DNA of 23,486 bases from Octopus sinensis. Lineage: Eukaryota. How positions within the stretch are numbered: position 1 is the stretch's first letter; each line of letters begins with the position of its first letter. The stretch is taken from assembly GCF_006345805.1 (NCBI RefSeq), contig NW_021834051.1, positions 1 to 23,486 on the forward strand. The letters run 5' to 3'. A program made the translations under genes and the position numbers. The notes under the pieces were generated by a model that saw only the letters and a program-made list of their open reading frames with translations, made no database searches and had not been told where the DNA came from. Below, one piece after another: positions 9,846 through 20,276 of this stretch.

Positions 9846-9916
9846 TAAAGGATATTTGTTAATAGTCGTTCAAGTCCATTCTTCATATACTTATAATTTA
9901 ATATATATATATATAG

Positions 9917-9954
<38 letters not shown>

Positions 9955-10147
9955 CCATTGTATGTATATAATTTTATTTCATATGTTCGTCTAATTAGTC
10001 GAAATGTTCCGTGTATCTTGTTTTGTCCTGTTTGCCGTTGTCGTATTATCGTCCTTTCTTCCGCATGTTCTGTTTTGACTGTTTCCGTTTGTCGTGTTTT
10101 TTTTGTTGTACCATTGCTACACATACATACATACATACACACACCAC

Positions 10148-10232
<85 letters not shown>

Positions 10233-10274
10233 TGTATGTATGTCTGTATGATTGTATGTATATATATATATATT

Positions 10275-10308
<34 letters not shown>

Positions 10309-10313
10309 GATAT

Positions 10314-10430
10314 ACGACGGCTTTCTTTCAGTTTCCGCTAACAAATCCTCTTAGAGGGCTATAGCAGAAGACACTTGCGCAAGGTGTCACGAAGTGGAAC
10401 TGAACACGGAATCATGAGGTTGGGAGGCAA
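10314..10430 (-). mobile_element. SINE family B, head-side fragment
   Basis: CGACGGCTTTCTTTCAGTTTCC...GGCTATAGCAGAAGACACTTGCGCAAGGTGTCACG matches 7545-7670. Confidence 0.75.
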
Positions 10431-11204
10431 TCTATAACAGTGACATTTCTTTTCCCTTTCTTTTAAATCAAACAGCCATTTTTTCAAAATTTTCGCCACC
10501 AGTTCCTATTGTTTTCTGTAATACATTACACGCAAACATGCATACATACATACATACATACATACATACATACATACATACGTATGTATGTATATATATT
10601 TGTGTGTGTGCGTGTGCGTGCGTCCACGCGCGCGCGTCCATGTGTGTTTATATGTATAATATATATTCGTATATTGTTGAGTTTCTCAAATCCGTCTAGT
10701 AGCGTGCTAATCTAGGATTACCATTAAGCTTACAATTAATTTGAATGAAACTTAAGGACTTCCACTAGTGCAAATCGGCATCATCAAGCAAACATAATTT
10801 TTACGGTAATTTAACACCAATCAATATGTTATGAAATAGTAATGCTAGGTGACTTTGTAATCTACAAAACCTGGGCTGCTGCTTTTCAAGATTCGAAAGT
10901 TTCGAACGTTTACGTTTTTCTCAAAAACATTAACGTTATAAATGAAGAGGAATGGTACCGAGCAGGAATACAAGTCTAGTGGTGGATTTGGGTCAGCGGT
11001 AGCATTTACCATACTAATTGGTAATAATTGGCCGACAGAGAACATATATTTAATTAGAAAATATCTAACTAGAAAGCAATAAGGTACTAGATACAATCTT
11101 AATGGTTGTGTATCTAATCCCAGTTTCCTGTCACTACCTTAAAAATTACTGTTTCGACACAGAATGCGAGAAAATTTTTGACAGACAGTCATAAGTAATT
11201 TTTA

Positions 11205-11241
<37 letters not shown>

Positions 11242-11774
11242 TAAAAGGAATTCCAACCTTGTCTGATTTTCACGTTTTATTTACAATCTTATAATGATAT
11301 ATTATAAGAAAATATTATATTGAATAAAATAAAATGAAATAGTAGAATGTTAAATGTTCATTCTGATTGAACTAGTACTTTCATGCATTGAATTCTGCAA
11401 TCTTCGGGTTCATGTAGTAGTGTGACAGTCATGCTTCCAATTTTTGACTGTCAATATATACATATATATATTATATATATATCTAATATATATATATATA
11501 TATATAAGGAAATAAGAAAATGTAAAAAATGCTAGAATATTTTATCATGAACATTTTAATAATACCGTTTCGGGCTTTGTGACTTTTTCAAAAAGCACGC
11601 AAACAATTATATTGCGGAAAAATTTAATGAAATGTTTTTTAAAATATTTCCATAGTCTTCAAATGCAAATGATATATATATATATAGTGTAATAAATAAA
11701 AATATGCATACATACATACATATATGTACGTACTACATCTACATGTATATATACATGCATATATAAATATATAT

Positions 11775-12300
11775 ACGTGAGTACAGGACACCACACAAAT
11801 AGACGTAGAACTCAACGAGAAACGAAAACGTAAAAACAAACGTGGAAACGGACCTAAACGAAAAAAAAAAACAGAGTACAAGACAACTACACAAGGAAAA
11901 ATCCCCTTCATCAGCTGTCCCTAGTTCAACTCCAGCGTGTTCGAAGGTTGGACAGAACACGACTCGTGGACTAATCCTTCTTGCGAAGGAATTAAATAAA
12001 TTACTTCGCGAGGGGTAAACCAAGGAAAGTTAAACATGTGACAAAAAAAAACGATACAAATAAAAATTACAAAATAAAAACAAAAAAAAATACAAAAAAT
12101 AAAAATACAGAACAAAATTACAAGTACGAAAAATACAGTACAAGAAATAAAACAACACAAAAAAAAAACACATACATGAGGGCCTTAATGCTGGCCTACA
12201 CGAGGAATATTCTAGAGCGCTAAAAAACATCGTTCACTGTTAGAATGCCAGCAGCGAAAGGAGCAACTCGCCCGGCTGTGAAAGAGATGAGGATGAGTGA
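11775..12300 (-). mobile_element. Probable retroelement (PLE-like) 3' tail remnant
   Basis: Abuts a TA/TACA tract, has a long T-rich tail on the minus strand, and has weak GIY-YIG C-terminus-like residues (LILISFTAGRVAPFAAGI). The family assignment is inferential. Confidence 0.35.
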
Positions 12301-12369
12301 GAGAAAGAGAGATAGAGGAAGACAAGCGGCTGTGAGAGAGAGGAGGAGGATTGAGAGAGAGAGGGAGAT

Positions 12370-12454
12370 AGGGAAGGAAGAAATGTCAAGCAAAGAGTTG
12401 TAGTTTCGCGTCACAATTATGACAACTCTTTGCTTGACCTTTTCTTCCTTCCCT
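12370..12454. repeat. ~32-bp inverted repeat hairpin with a 20-nt loop
   Basis: AGGGAAGGAAGAAATGTCAAGCAAAGAGTTGT ... ACAACTCTTTGCTTGACCTTTTCTTCCTTCCCT; the inner 17 bp are perfect. Confidence 0.9.
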
Positions 12455-12621
12455 CGCGTCGATTCGATTCGTTTTCGTTTCGTTTCATCTCCTCCAAGTA
12501 ATTTGTGTTATATATATATATATATTATATATATATATAAATATATATATATATAATTATATATATATATAATTATAAAGTTTATTATAAAAGTTTATAA
12601 ACAAACGATGTAACGTATGGC

Positions 12622-13270
12622 TGAATGTAAAAACGAACGGAAAACAAACAGAAAGTTCGTAATTCTTCATCAGTTATCGACCAATTGGTAATATTCAGTT
12701 TCGCACCTTTAACGATAGAGCTGAGCGCTTCCCAATTGTCTGTGCAAGAAAAAACAATTAGGGACAAGAGCAAACAGCAATTCAGGACGGTGGACGAGGA
12801 CGAACAGTCGGACAAAATACGACCTTGGAGCCAAGGAGATGAGAATAGTGGCTAACGCTTAGAAAATGTCTTGAAGGATGGAGAACGGAGAAACAGAGAA
12901 TTTGCGACTGGTCGACTACGAGACCAGTTTAAGAAAGAAAAAGGAGAACTGGCTGCTGGTCACGTAACAGTAGCAGGCAGAGGAGAAAATAGCAGGGAGA
13001 GGGGGCGACAGAAATAAAGGGAAGGGGTTGAAGGGGAGGGGGAAAGACTAGGAATACAAGAGGGGTAGAGAAAAAAGGAGTAAGTAGAAAGGCTAGAATA
13101 AGAAGTGAGAGGGCGAGGGAAAGAAAAACGGTTTTTTTTTCTGCGGGCACCGCCAAATGGGGAGCACTCAGTTCTATCGTTAAAGGTGCAAAACTGAATA
13201 TTACCAATTGGTCGATAACTGATGAAGAATTATGGACCTTCTGTTTGTCTCCCGATTGTTTTTACATTCA
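12622..13270. mobile_element. Element bounded by ~117-bp inverted repeats (~90% identical)
   Basis: 12622-12738 versus the reverse complement of 13154-13270; purine-rich ~415-bp spacer; TA-rich tracts on both sides. Confidence 0.7.
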
Positions 13271-13355
13271 CGATAAGCTACGCTGTCTTTTTATACATAT
13301 TTTCATTTATCAAGTAATGGAACGCAATACACACCGAATTTGTATTACAAAGTTT

Positions 13356-13553
<198 letters not shown>

Positions 13554-13558
13554 ATCCA

Positions 13559-14148
13559 CAGTAGCGGCCATAATATAAGGGTCAGTAAGAAGAAGTGCAT
13601 TGAAATATTTATCATAGAAGATTAACAATATGTTGAGACTATAGATATTTTACACATATTTAGAGATATCTAATATCTATCTCACGTGAAAATTTCAAGT
13701 GAATGGAATACATATTTCGTAAGTTATGAGGAAATAAACAATCTTCCAAACTGCAACGGTTAAAAGTTAAGGGTCACTTAGAAAACCAAAGAAAAGCGGA
13801 ACAAGAACAAAGAAACCTTTACTATTAATATTTGTGACCTTCTGTTACCACAGGACTGAATTAATTTCTTGCGAAATGATGGAGTAATATTGCTCCATTC
13901 GTTTTTTAATAACTCCCAGAGTTCATCTAGGTTCTTTGGTTTTCTCCTTCGCGCTCCATCTCCAATAATCTTCCAAACGTTTTCTATAGGGTTGAGATAG
14001 GTACTTTGAGGTGGCTAGTCCATGAGATCAATCCCTTCATCACTCAAAAAAATCTTCGCAGTGTGACAGGGAACGTTGTCCTGCACGAAGATAGGTTGAA
14101 CTGACAAGGATCGGAAATGTGGAAGGGCACGCTATCTAAGAATCTGCA
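13559..14148 (-). mobile_element. Tc1/mariner remnant: C-terminal half of the DD34E transposase plus a probable terminal repeat
   Basis: The minus strand (14148 down to ~13820) reads LQILR*RALPHFRSLSVQPIFVQDNVPCHTAKIFLSDEGIDLMD*PPQSTYLNPIENVWKII...KPKNLDELWELLKNEWSNIT...KLIQSC. This carries the Tc1 QDN..CH and WP..SPDLNPIEN motifs. A CAGTAGCGGCC TIR-like end lies at 13559. Confidence 0.85.
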
Positions 14149-14277
14149 GGAAACTTTACCGGTGAGTGTGTTAAATAATAAGGCACTAAAAGAGAATGTC
14201 TCTCCCCAGACACAACAAAATATACAGCAGCATACGAACATACATAAAGAATTTTGCAAGCAAAATCCAGAAACGAA

Positions 14278-14280
<3 letters not shown>
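14149..14280 (+). repeat. Dispersed repeat, copy 1 (second copy at 15182-15311)
   Basis: GGAAACTTTACCGGTGAGTGTGTTAAAT...AAAAGAGAATGTCTCTCCCCAGACACAACA...AATCCAGAAACGAAAT, ending at a TA tract. Confidence 0.85.
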
Positions 14281-14309
<29 letters not shown>

Positions 14310-14354
14310 TAAGACTAAACTACAGTTGAGACAATATCATGACAAAAATTAGCC

Positions 14355-14512
14355 CTCCATACTTTACCAACATGCCAAGGATCAGCTTGGAGGCAACCTA
14401 GGTCAACTTGACACCCGCATTTTATCCAAGCACCCAAAGGACCCAACACTCAGACAAATACAGGAGTACATGCTCATAAATGAAACATCCCCGTACTAAA
14501 TAGGAAATATAC
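14355..14512 (+). mobile_element. Second Penelope-like GIY-YIG C-terminal fragment
   Basis: SILYQHAKDQLGGNLGQLDTRILSKHPKDPTLRQIQEYMLINETSPY resembles the PLE S.I..H...IL......RQI.EA..I....P.LN tail. Confidence 0.5.
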
Positions 14513-15181
14513 GTAGTAGATAATCATACCCCCATACCCACAGTTTATATTTATATACAGGTAGAATAGTTAATGGGCTGTTATGTAGGTGTATGTATGT
14601 GTGTGTATGCGTGTGTATATGTATATATGTATATGCATATGTATGTAGGCAAATGGATATGTAAACAGATGGACATACAGACGAATAGGTACAATGGTAG
14701 TATGAACAGACAAGCACACAGACAGACACGTACGCAAATGAAGGCTGAAACACGTGACCATATTCACACACACTTCACTTTACATATGGAGGCACGTATG
14801 AAGACACACGTCCACACATATAGAGATACACTTTCATGCATACAGATACTGTAGATAGTCACAAAAACCCATACACACACACAGACACACTCACACATGC
14901 ACACACACGAAGACAGAGGTACACACATACATACATATATACATACGCGCACGCACACATACATATATACATACACACACTTAAATGCATGCATACATAT
15001 ATACATATCTACATACATACATTCATGCATGCATACATGTGTATGCGTACACACACTGACCCAAACACATGCGCACAAAGAAGTAAAAAGAACGCGGGTT
15101 GAATAACGGACAGAGTCAACAACCATTGAAAAGGTTGCAAGACGCAACGAAAATCTTAGAAAAATAAATAAGTAAATGAGT

Positions 15182-15311
15182 GGAAATTTTACCAGTGAGT
15201 GTGTTAAATCATAAGCCAATAAAAGAGAATGACTCTCCCCAGACACAACAGAATATGCTTCAACACACAAACTCACAATGAGAATATTGCAAACCAAATC
15301 CAGAAACGAAA
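15182..15311 (+). repeat. Dispersed repeat, copy 2
   Basis: GGAAATTTTACCAGTGAGTGTGTTAAAT...AAAAGAGAATGACTCTCCCCAGACACAACA...AATCCAGAAACGAAAT, ending at a TA tract. Confidence 0.85.
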
Positions 15312-15333
15312 TTATATATATTTATATATATAC

Positions 15334-15390
15334 ATAGGCGCAGAAATGGCCGCAGTCAAATGACTGAAACAAGAAAGAGAATGAAAGAAT
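15334..15390 (+). mobile_element. SINE family B mini-copy (head fused directly to tail)
   Basis: AGGCGCAGAAATGGC (head) continues into CGCAGTCAAATGACTGAAACAAG (tail); the junction is at the shared ATGGC. Confidence 0.65.
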
Positions 15391-15441
15391 ATATATACAT
15401 GCATATGCACACATATATACATACATAGCTATATGCATATA

Positions 15442-15728
15442 TTCTTTTCTTTTATTCTTTTACACATTTCTGTCATTTGACTGCGACCCAAGGACTTATT
15501 TTTTTGTAAACCTGGTACTTATTCTATCGGTCGAACCGGTAAGTTTCGGGGCCATAAACATGGGGAAAAGCACAAAGGCACACACACATAAATATATATA
15601 CACATATACATACACGACGGGCTTCTTTCAGTTTCCATCTACCAAATCTACTCAGACTTTGGTCGGCCCGAGGAGGCACTTGCCCAAGGTGCCACGCCGT
15701 GGGACTGAATCCAAAGCCATGTGGTTGG
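15442..15728 (-). mobile_element. SINE family B, internally deleted copy
   Basis: Matches 7311-7670 with gaps (GGTACTTATTCTATCGGT, CGACGGGCTTCTTTCAGTTTCC, CACTTGCCCAAGGTGCCACGC). Confidence 0.8.
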
Positions 15729-15729
15729 G

Positions 15730-15828
<99 letters not shown>

Positions 15829-15880
15829 GACAGAAACAGACAGACAGGCAGGCAGACATACATACAGCATGACAGACAGG

Positions 15881-15916
<36 letters not shown>

Positions 15917-15931
15917 TAGATAGATAGATAA

Positions 15932-15989
<58 letters not shown>

Positions 15990-16155
15990 CTGGTAGAGGG
16001 ATTGATAAATAACTAGCTAGATAAGTAAATATCTATATCTGTCTGACTGTCTGTCTATCCATCTATCTATCGATCTATCTATCTATCTATCTATCTACCT
16101 ATCTATCTATCTATCTATATATCTATCTGTCTGTCTTTCTGTCTGTCTATATATC
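15730..16155. repeat. Compound (TA)(GA)(GACA)(GATA) array followed by a complementary (TATC)(TGTC) array
   Basis: Direct reading. Confidence 0.9.
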
Positions 16156-16818
16156 TAGCTTTTACTTATTTTGATAGTTCTCACGTTGGCTAAATCGTGT
16201 GACTGCACTAGAGATGTAAGATATAAGATGACAGTTTTTTTCGCGTTCTTTAGTCCCTTATTTGCTTAGTTGTTGAACACTTTATAACCGTGACGGTTAT
16301 AGCCATATTAGAAGATTGCTGGCAATGAGGTCGAGAGCTTTCAGAAACTTGATTCTTGAGTATTTTGAAAAATATAAATAAATCTTCTTTGATCTGCAAC
16401 CGTTACACTAACTACAGCGTAAAATGGACGAGCTTCTATACAGAAATGGCATTTCTAAACATAAACATATACATTGGTACATTTTCTTATTAAATACAAA
16501 CATCTATTTCATCCAGATACACACAAAACATCCTAACGCTTAACTAAACATACACACGGCCGATACAGACTTTCTTCAATCTACTCTGTCCCTCTGTCCG
16601 CTTGTCTAATTGTTTTCTTTTTTCCTGTATTCCCCTCTTTCTAACCTCTCTCCCGACTATTTTCATTTTCTTGAGAAAAACTATATCGATTACACATTAC
16701 AAGGAATCAGAATTTTAGATTTAGTGAGATATAAAATGAATCAATTATATGTTGTCTACAATAACTATAGATCCTACGTGCTAAATAGCTTTTCTTTTGA
16801 GCAGTGATGCGTTACCAA

Positions 16819-17248
16819 TACATACATACATATATACATACATACATACATACATACATACATACATACATTACCTATATACATACACACACACATATAT
16901 ATACATACATACGTTCGTACATACATACATACATACCTATATACATACATACACACACATATATACATACATACGCTCGTACATACATACATACATACAT
17001 ACATACATACCTATATACATATACACACACATATATGCATACATACATACCTATATACATACATACACACACATATATACATGCATACGCTCGTACATAC
17101 ATACATACCTATATACATACATACATACCTATATACATACATACATACCTATATACATACATACACACACATATATACATACATACATACATACATACAT
17201 ACATACATACATACATACATACATACATACATACATACATACATACAT
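16819..17248. repeat. (TACA)n array with ~62-bp higher-order units
   Basis: Landmarks CCTATATAC at 16874 and 16936, and CG(T/C)TCGTAC at ~16912, ~16974 and ~17088. Confidence 0.9.
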
Positions 17249-17620
17249 GGAATTCCTCATAACAGCTATAAATGTTAAGCTTTACAAGGATCGGGGATAT
17301 TTTGGTGAAAGCACAATTTTAGTCTCGCTACAATCAGAGCCAGGAGATACTTTAGCTTTCCAGCAATTTGATGCTTTATAAAGCTCATGTGAGAGAGCCA
17401 CCATAGAACATTTCCTCTCCTAACTGAGATAGTGCTGCAGCTGCACACACAAAACGAAGCCATATTCCATATTGGGTTAATGATCGCCCAAGAGATCACC
17501 GAAAACATCGCAGGCTATAGTAGCAAATATCAAGTTCCTTTCAGTAGTTACAGTTAACATACACTTTGATCTTTCATTTCTAATCTGATTGTCAATTTTA
17601 AAAAGATATCTCCTTTCGCA

Positions 17621-17926
17621 TTTTGCACTATCTAGTAACACGCCCATGAAGAAGCTTTTGCCTGATCTCTCAACCTGCTAGAAATAACAGCCAAATTTCG
17701 GTCAACTCTTAGTTGCTGTTGATATTCTTTGCACTCATGCAAGCTAACACTAACCAAAAAGAGCTTTCATAAGAGACTTTCCATTTATGATCATTCCATT
17801 TTTATTCAATGTGTCCTGCTTTTAGGATTGTAGGGTAAAATTTCAGTGAAATTTAGCTGTTATTTCTAACAGGTCAAGTGATCAGGCAAAAGCTTCTTTA
17901 TGAGCGCGTTACTAGATTGTGGAAAA
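17621..17926. mobile_element. MITE-like fold-back element with ~79-bp imperfect inverted arms
   Basis: 17621-17699 TTTTGCACTATCTAGTAACACGCCCATGAAGAAGCTTTTGCCTGATC...GAAATAACAGCCAAATTTC versus the reverse complement of 17848-17926. Confidence 0.7.
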
Positions 17927-18033
17927 TATGATAATACAGAGTCAGCAACCCTCGGTAAACTTAACTCAGGCTTGCACCTTGGGGATGAAATATTCAGGTG
18001 TAGTTACATGGTCACCTCTGATCGATGAGTGAT

Positions 18034-18160
18034 ATTTACCTACCTACTTGCCTAGCTACCTACCTACGTACCTACGTACCTACGTACCTACCTACCTACT
18101 ACCTACCTACCTACCTACCCATCTACCTACCTACCTACCTACTTACCTACCTACTTACAT
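18034..18160. repeat. (CCTA)n microsatellite
   Basis: Direct reading. Confidence 0.9.
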
Positions 18161-18275
18161 ACATACATACACACACATATACATATAGTCATATACATAC
18201 CATATATATATGCATATGTATATCATATGAATATGAGTGTGTATATATGTATTATAATTATAGGCACACACACAT

Positions 18276-18592
18276 TTTTTTTCTTCACCCTTTTCAAGCC
18301 TAGCCAGGCTCATGGGCCCGGTTTCTCGGTTTCTGTGGCGTATGTGGGCCCCCCCCCACCAGCTGGACGACACACCAGTCCATCGCAGCGTTACTCAAGA
18401 AACAGGAAGAATGAGTGAGAGAAAGTTGTGGCGAAAGAGTACAAAAGGGGTCGGCACCATCCCCTGCCAGGGCCTCGTAGAGCTTTTAGGTGTTTTCGCC
18501 CAATAAACACACACAACGCCCGCTTTGGGAATCGAAACCGCGATCCTCCGACCGCGAGTCCGCTGCTCTAGCCACTGGGCCATTGCGCCTCC
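18276..18592 (-). mobile_element. SINE family C (tRNA-derived, GC-rich head), near full length
   Basis: Minus-strand head GGAGGCGCAATGGCCCAGTGGCTAGAGCAGCGGACTCGCGGTCGGAGGATCGCGGTTTCGATTCCC with A and B boxes. Confidence 0.8.
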
Positions 18593-18775
18593 ACACACAC
18601 ACACACACTCACACACACACACACACACACAATACACACACCACACACACACACACACACATATTTATGTATGTATGTATATATATAGTTGAAATTTACA
18701 GAAGAGCAAAAGACGAAGACAAGTGTATAAACAACAAGCAAGTGTACTAGTTTGATGCTTGGGAAAGTGAGAAAG

Positions 18776-18812
18776 TTTTCTACGTTTCGAGCCTACGCTC
18801 TTCAGCAGAAAA
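18776..18812 (-). ncRNA. Ultra-minimal type I hammerhead-like motif in a PLE-tail-like repeat (~18685-18850)
   Basis: Minus strand reads UUUUC-UG CUGAAGA GCGUAGGCUC GAAA C GUA GAAAA. Stem III is reduced to the palindrome ACGU, and stem I (UUUUC/GAAAA) needs a 2-nt bulge. Confidence 0.55.
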
Positions 18813-19256
18813 GAACGCGAGGAAACAAACTGAGAGAGAATTAAAAATACACACAAACACGTATAGGTATGTATACATATATATGTGTGTTTATGTGCGT
18901 ATGTATGTGCACATATATAAACACAAACGCATATACGAACGTATGTCTATATGCGCAGTCGCGTGTGAATGTGTGTACGTGTGTGTGTGTGAGTGCGTGC
19001 GTGCGCGGTAGCTTAGTATCATGTCGTTGCCGGGGAATTTGGATGAAAGCTTTTGAGAATTTATGACCTTCTCAGACTTCCCTCTCCCATTCATTACCGA
19101 TTTTGGCCAATTTATAATTTCAAAATGATTTTCAGACGAAGAGGTGTGTGATTTAAGGGATATTTTGATTGTTGTTTCTCGCAGATTTCATGACCATCTG
19201 ATATCTTCTTTGTAACTCTAACATGTAATGTTGTTTTTCCAATATTTTCTCACCAT

Positions 19257-19470
19257 GGCAGCGAGCTAGCAGAAACGTTTGCACGCCGAGCGAAGATCTT
19301 AGCGGTATTTCGCCTGTCTTTACGTTCTGAGTTCAAATTCTACCCTAGTCATGTTTGTCTTTCATCCTTTCGGGGTTGATGCATAAAGTACTAGTTATAC
19401 ACTGGGGTCGATGTAATCGACTGGTCTCCTCCTCAAAAATTTCGGGATTTGTGTCTAGAGTAAAAAAAAA
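19257..19470 (+). mobile_element. SINE family A, full length
   Basis: A-box-like TAGCAGAAACG, B box GAGTTCAAATTC, body CTTTCATCCTTTCGGGG...CTGGGGTCGATGTAATCGACT, A-rich tail. Confidence 0.85.
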
Positions 19471-19791
19471 ATAGTTTCTCCCCATAAACACATTTTGTGA
19501 AATGATGATGTGGAAGTAACGTTTTGTTTAGCTCAAGGATGGTCCGTTGCTAGGATTTAAGCAACAACAAAAAATAATTCTGTAATTTAAATTTTTAACC
19601 CCTCACCTCGCACCAAGCGAGCCTGTGTGTGTGTGTGTATGTTGTGTGTTTGTGTGTGTATATGTGTGTGTGTGGTGCATGTGTTGTGTGTGGTTGTGTT
19701 TAAGAAAAACATTTACTATATGTATATATATATATATATTATATATATATATATATATTGGTGCCTTGTACCATTTATCTACGTTTAATAG

Positions 19792-19826
<35 letters not shown>

Positions 19827-19871
19827 TATAATAATATATATTATATATATATATAGATAATACATACATAT

Positions 19872-20145
19872 CATGGACTCCCGTCGTTAGACGGTGTATG
19901 AGGGTTCGGCAATTAGTTGCTAATCAACCACAAAGATGATTTGTTTATAGTGATCAAATGTTTCTGTTCACATAAGCTCACTCGCTCCATCAAATCGACA
20001 TCATTTGTACGGGGGTACCATGTGAGATGACGAAATGCTCGCAGAACAAAGTGAAATGAAGTGTTTTGCTCAAGAACACAACGTAGCGCCTGGCCTGGGA
20101 ATCGAAACGACGGTGTCGCAGTCGTGAGTGTAACTCCCGACTATT
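19872..20145 (-). mobile_element. SINE family D (tRNA head with CORE-like segment), degenerate
   Basis: Minus strand GTTTCGATTCCCAGGCC (B box) followed by TTGTGTTCTTGAGCAAAACACTT (resembles CORE GTG.CCTTGGGCAAG.CACTT). Confidence 0.6.
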
Positions 20146-20231
20146 CCGTGATAGAAAATTCAACAAAAGAAGTACTTCATCTGGTGAGAGATAAATATTA
20201 TTTATTCATAGGACACAATACATTTCTTTGA

Positions 20232-20276
20232 GTGGTACTAATAGTTTCATCTGTTGGGAAATTTCTCATCAGGCAC
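20232..20276 (-). ncRNA. Degenerate type I hammerhead motif
   Basis: Minus strand reads GUGC CUGAUGA G...U GAAA CUAUUAG UA CCAC. The core is intact and stem III is the near-palindrome ACUA-U-UAGU with a GUA triplet. Stem I has a C.C mismatch next to the core and stem II is poorly paired. Confidence 0.6.

Larger units (their letters stand above)
9136..9899. mobile_element. Hammerhead-containing element bounded by ~54-bp inverted repeats, interrupted by a Helitron-like insertion
   Basis: 9136-9189 AAATTATAAGTATATGAAAGAATGGAGTTGAACGACTAGTTAACAAATATCCTT versus the reverse complement of 9848-9899; TA tract on the right. Confidence 0.65.

Noticed and set aside
10845-11096. Non-repetitive ORF-like stretch (both strands)
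   Set aside because: No recognisable domain and weak splice signals; a tBLASTx or RNA-seq check would be needed.
11560-11595. Minus-strand ...CACAAAGCCCGAAACGGUA, resembling the 3' half of a hammerhead
   Set aside because: No CUGANGA upstream; at most a relic.
11880-11920. Minus-strand CUGAUGA-AGG...CCU hairpin
   Set aside because: It is followed by UGUG instead of GAAA, so the core is incomplete.
12655-12720. Type II hammerhead reading of GAAAC...GUC...CUGAUGA
   Set aside because: Stems I and II cannot be paired, so it is not called a ribozyme and is kept only as an observation within the inverted-repeat element.
14170-14259. VWG-containing ORF suggesting the Tc1 transposase extends past 14148
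   Set aside because: This segment belongs to the dispersed repeat also found at 15182-15311, so the resemblance is probably coincidental.
16283-16301. Palindrome TATAACCGT-G-ACGGTTATA
   Set aside because: A single 9-bp inverted pair is plausible by chance in 23 kb and has no associated structure.
18520-18592. tRNA gene
   Set aside because: The acceptor and anticodon stems do not pair and the sequence runs into a SINE body; it is a SINE head and the parent tRNA cannot be assigned.
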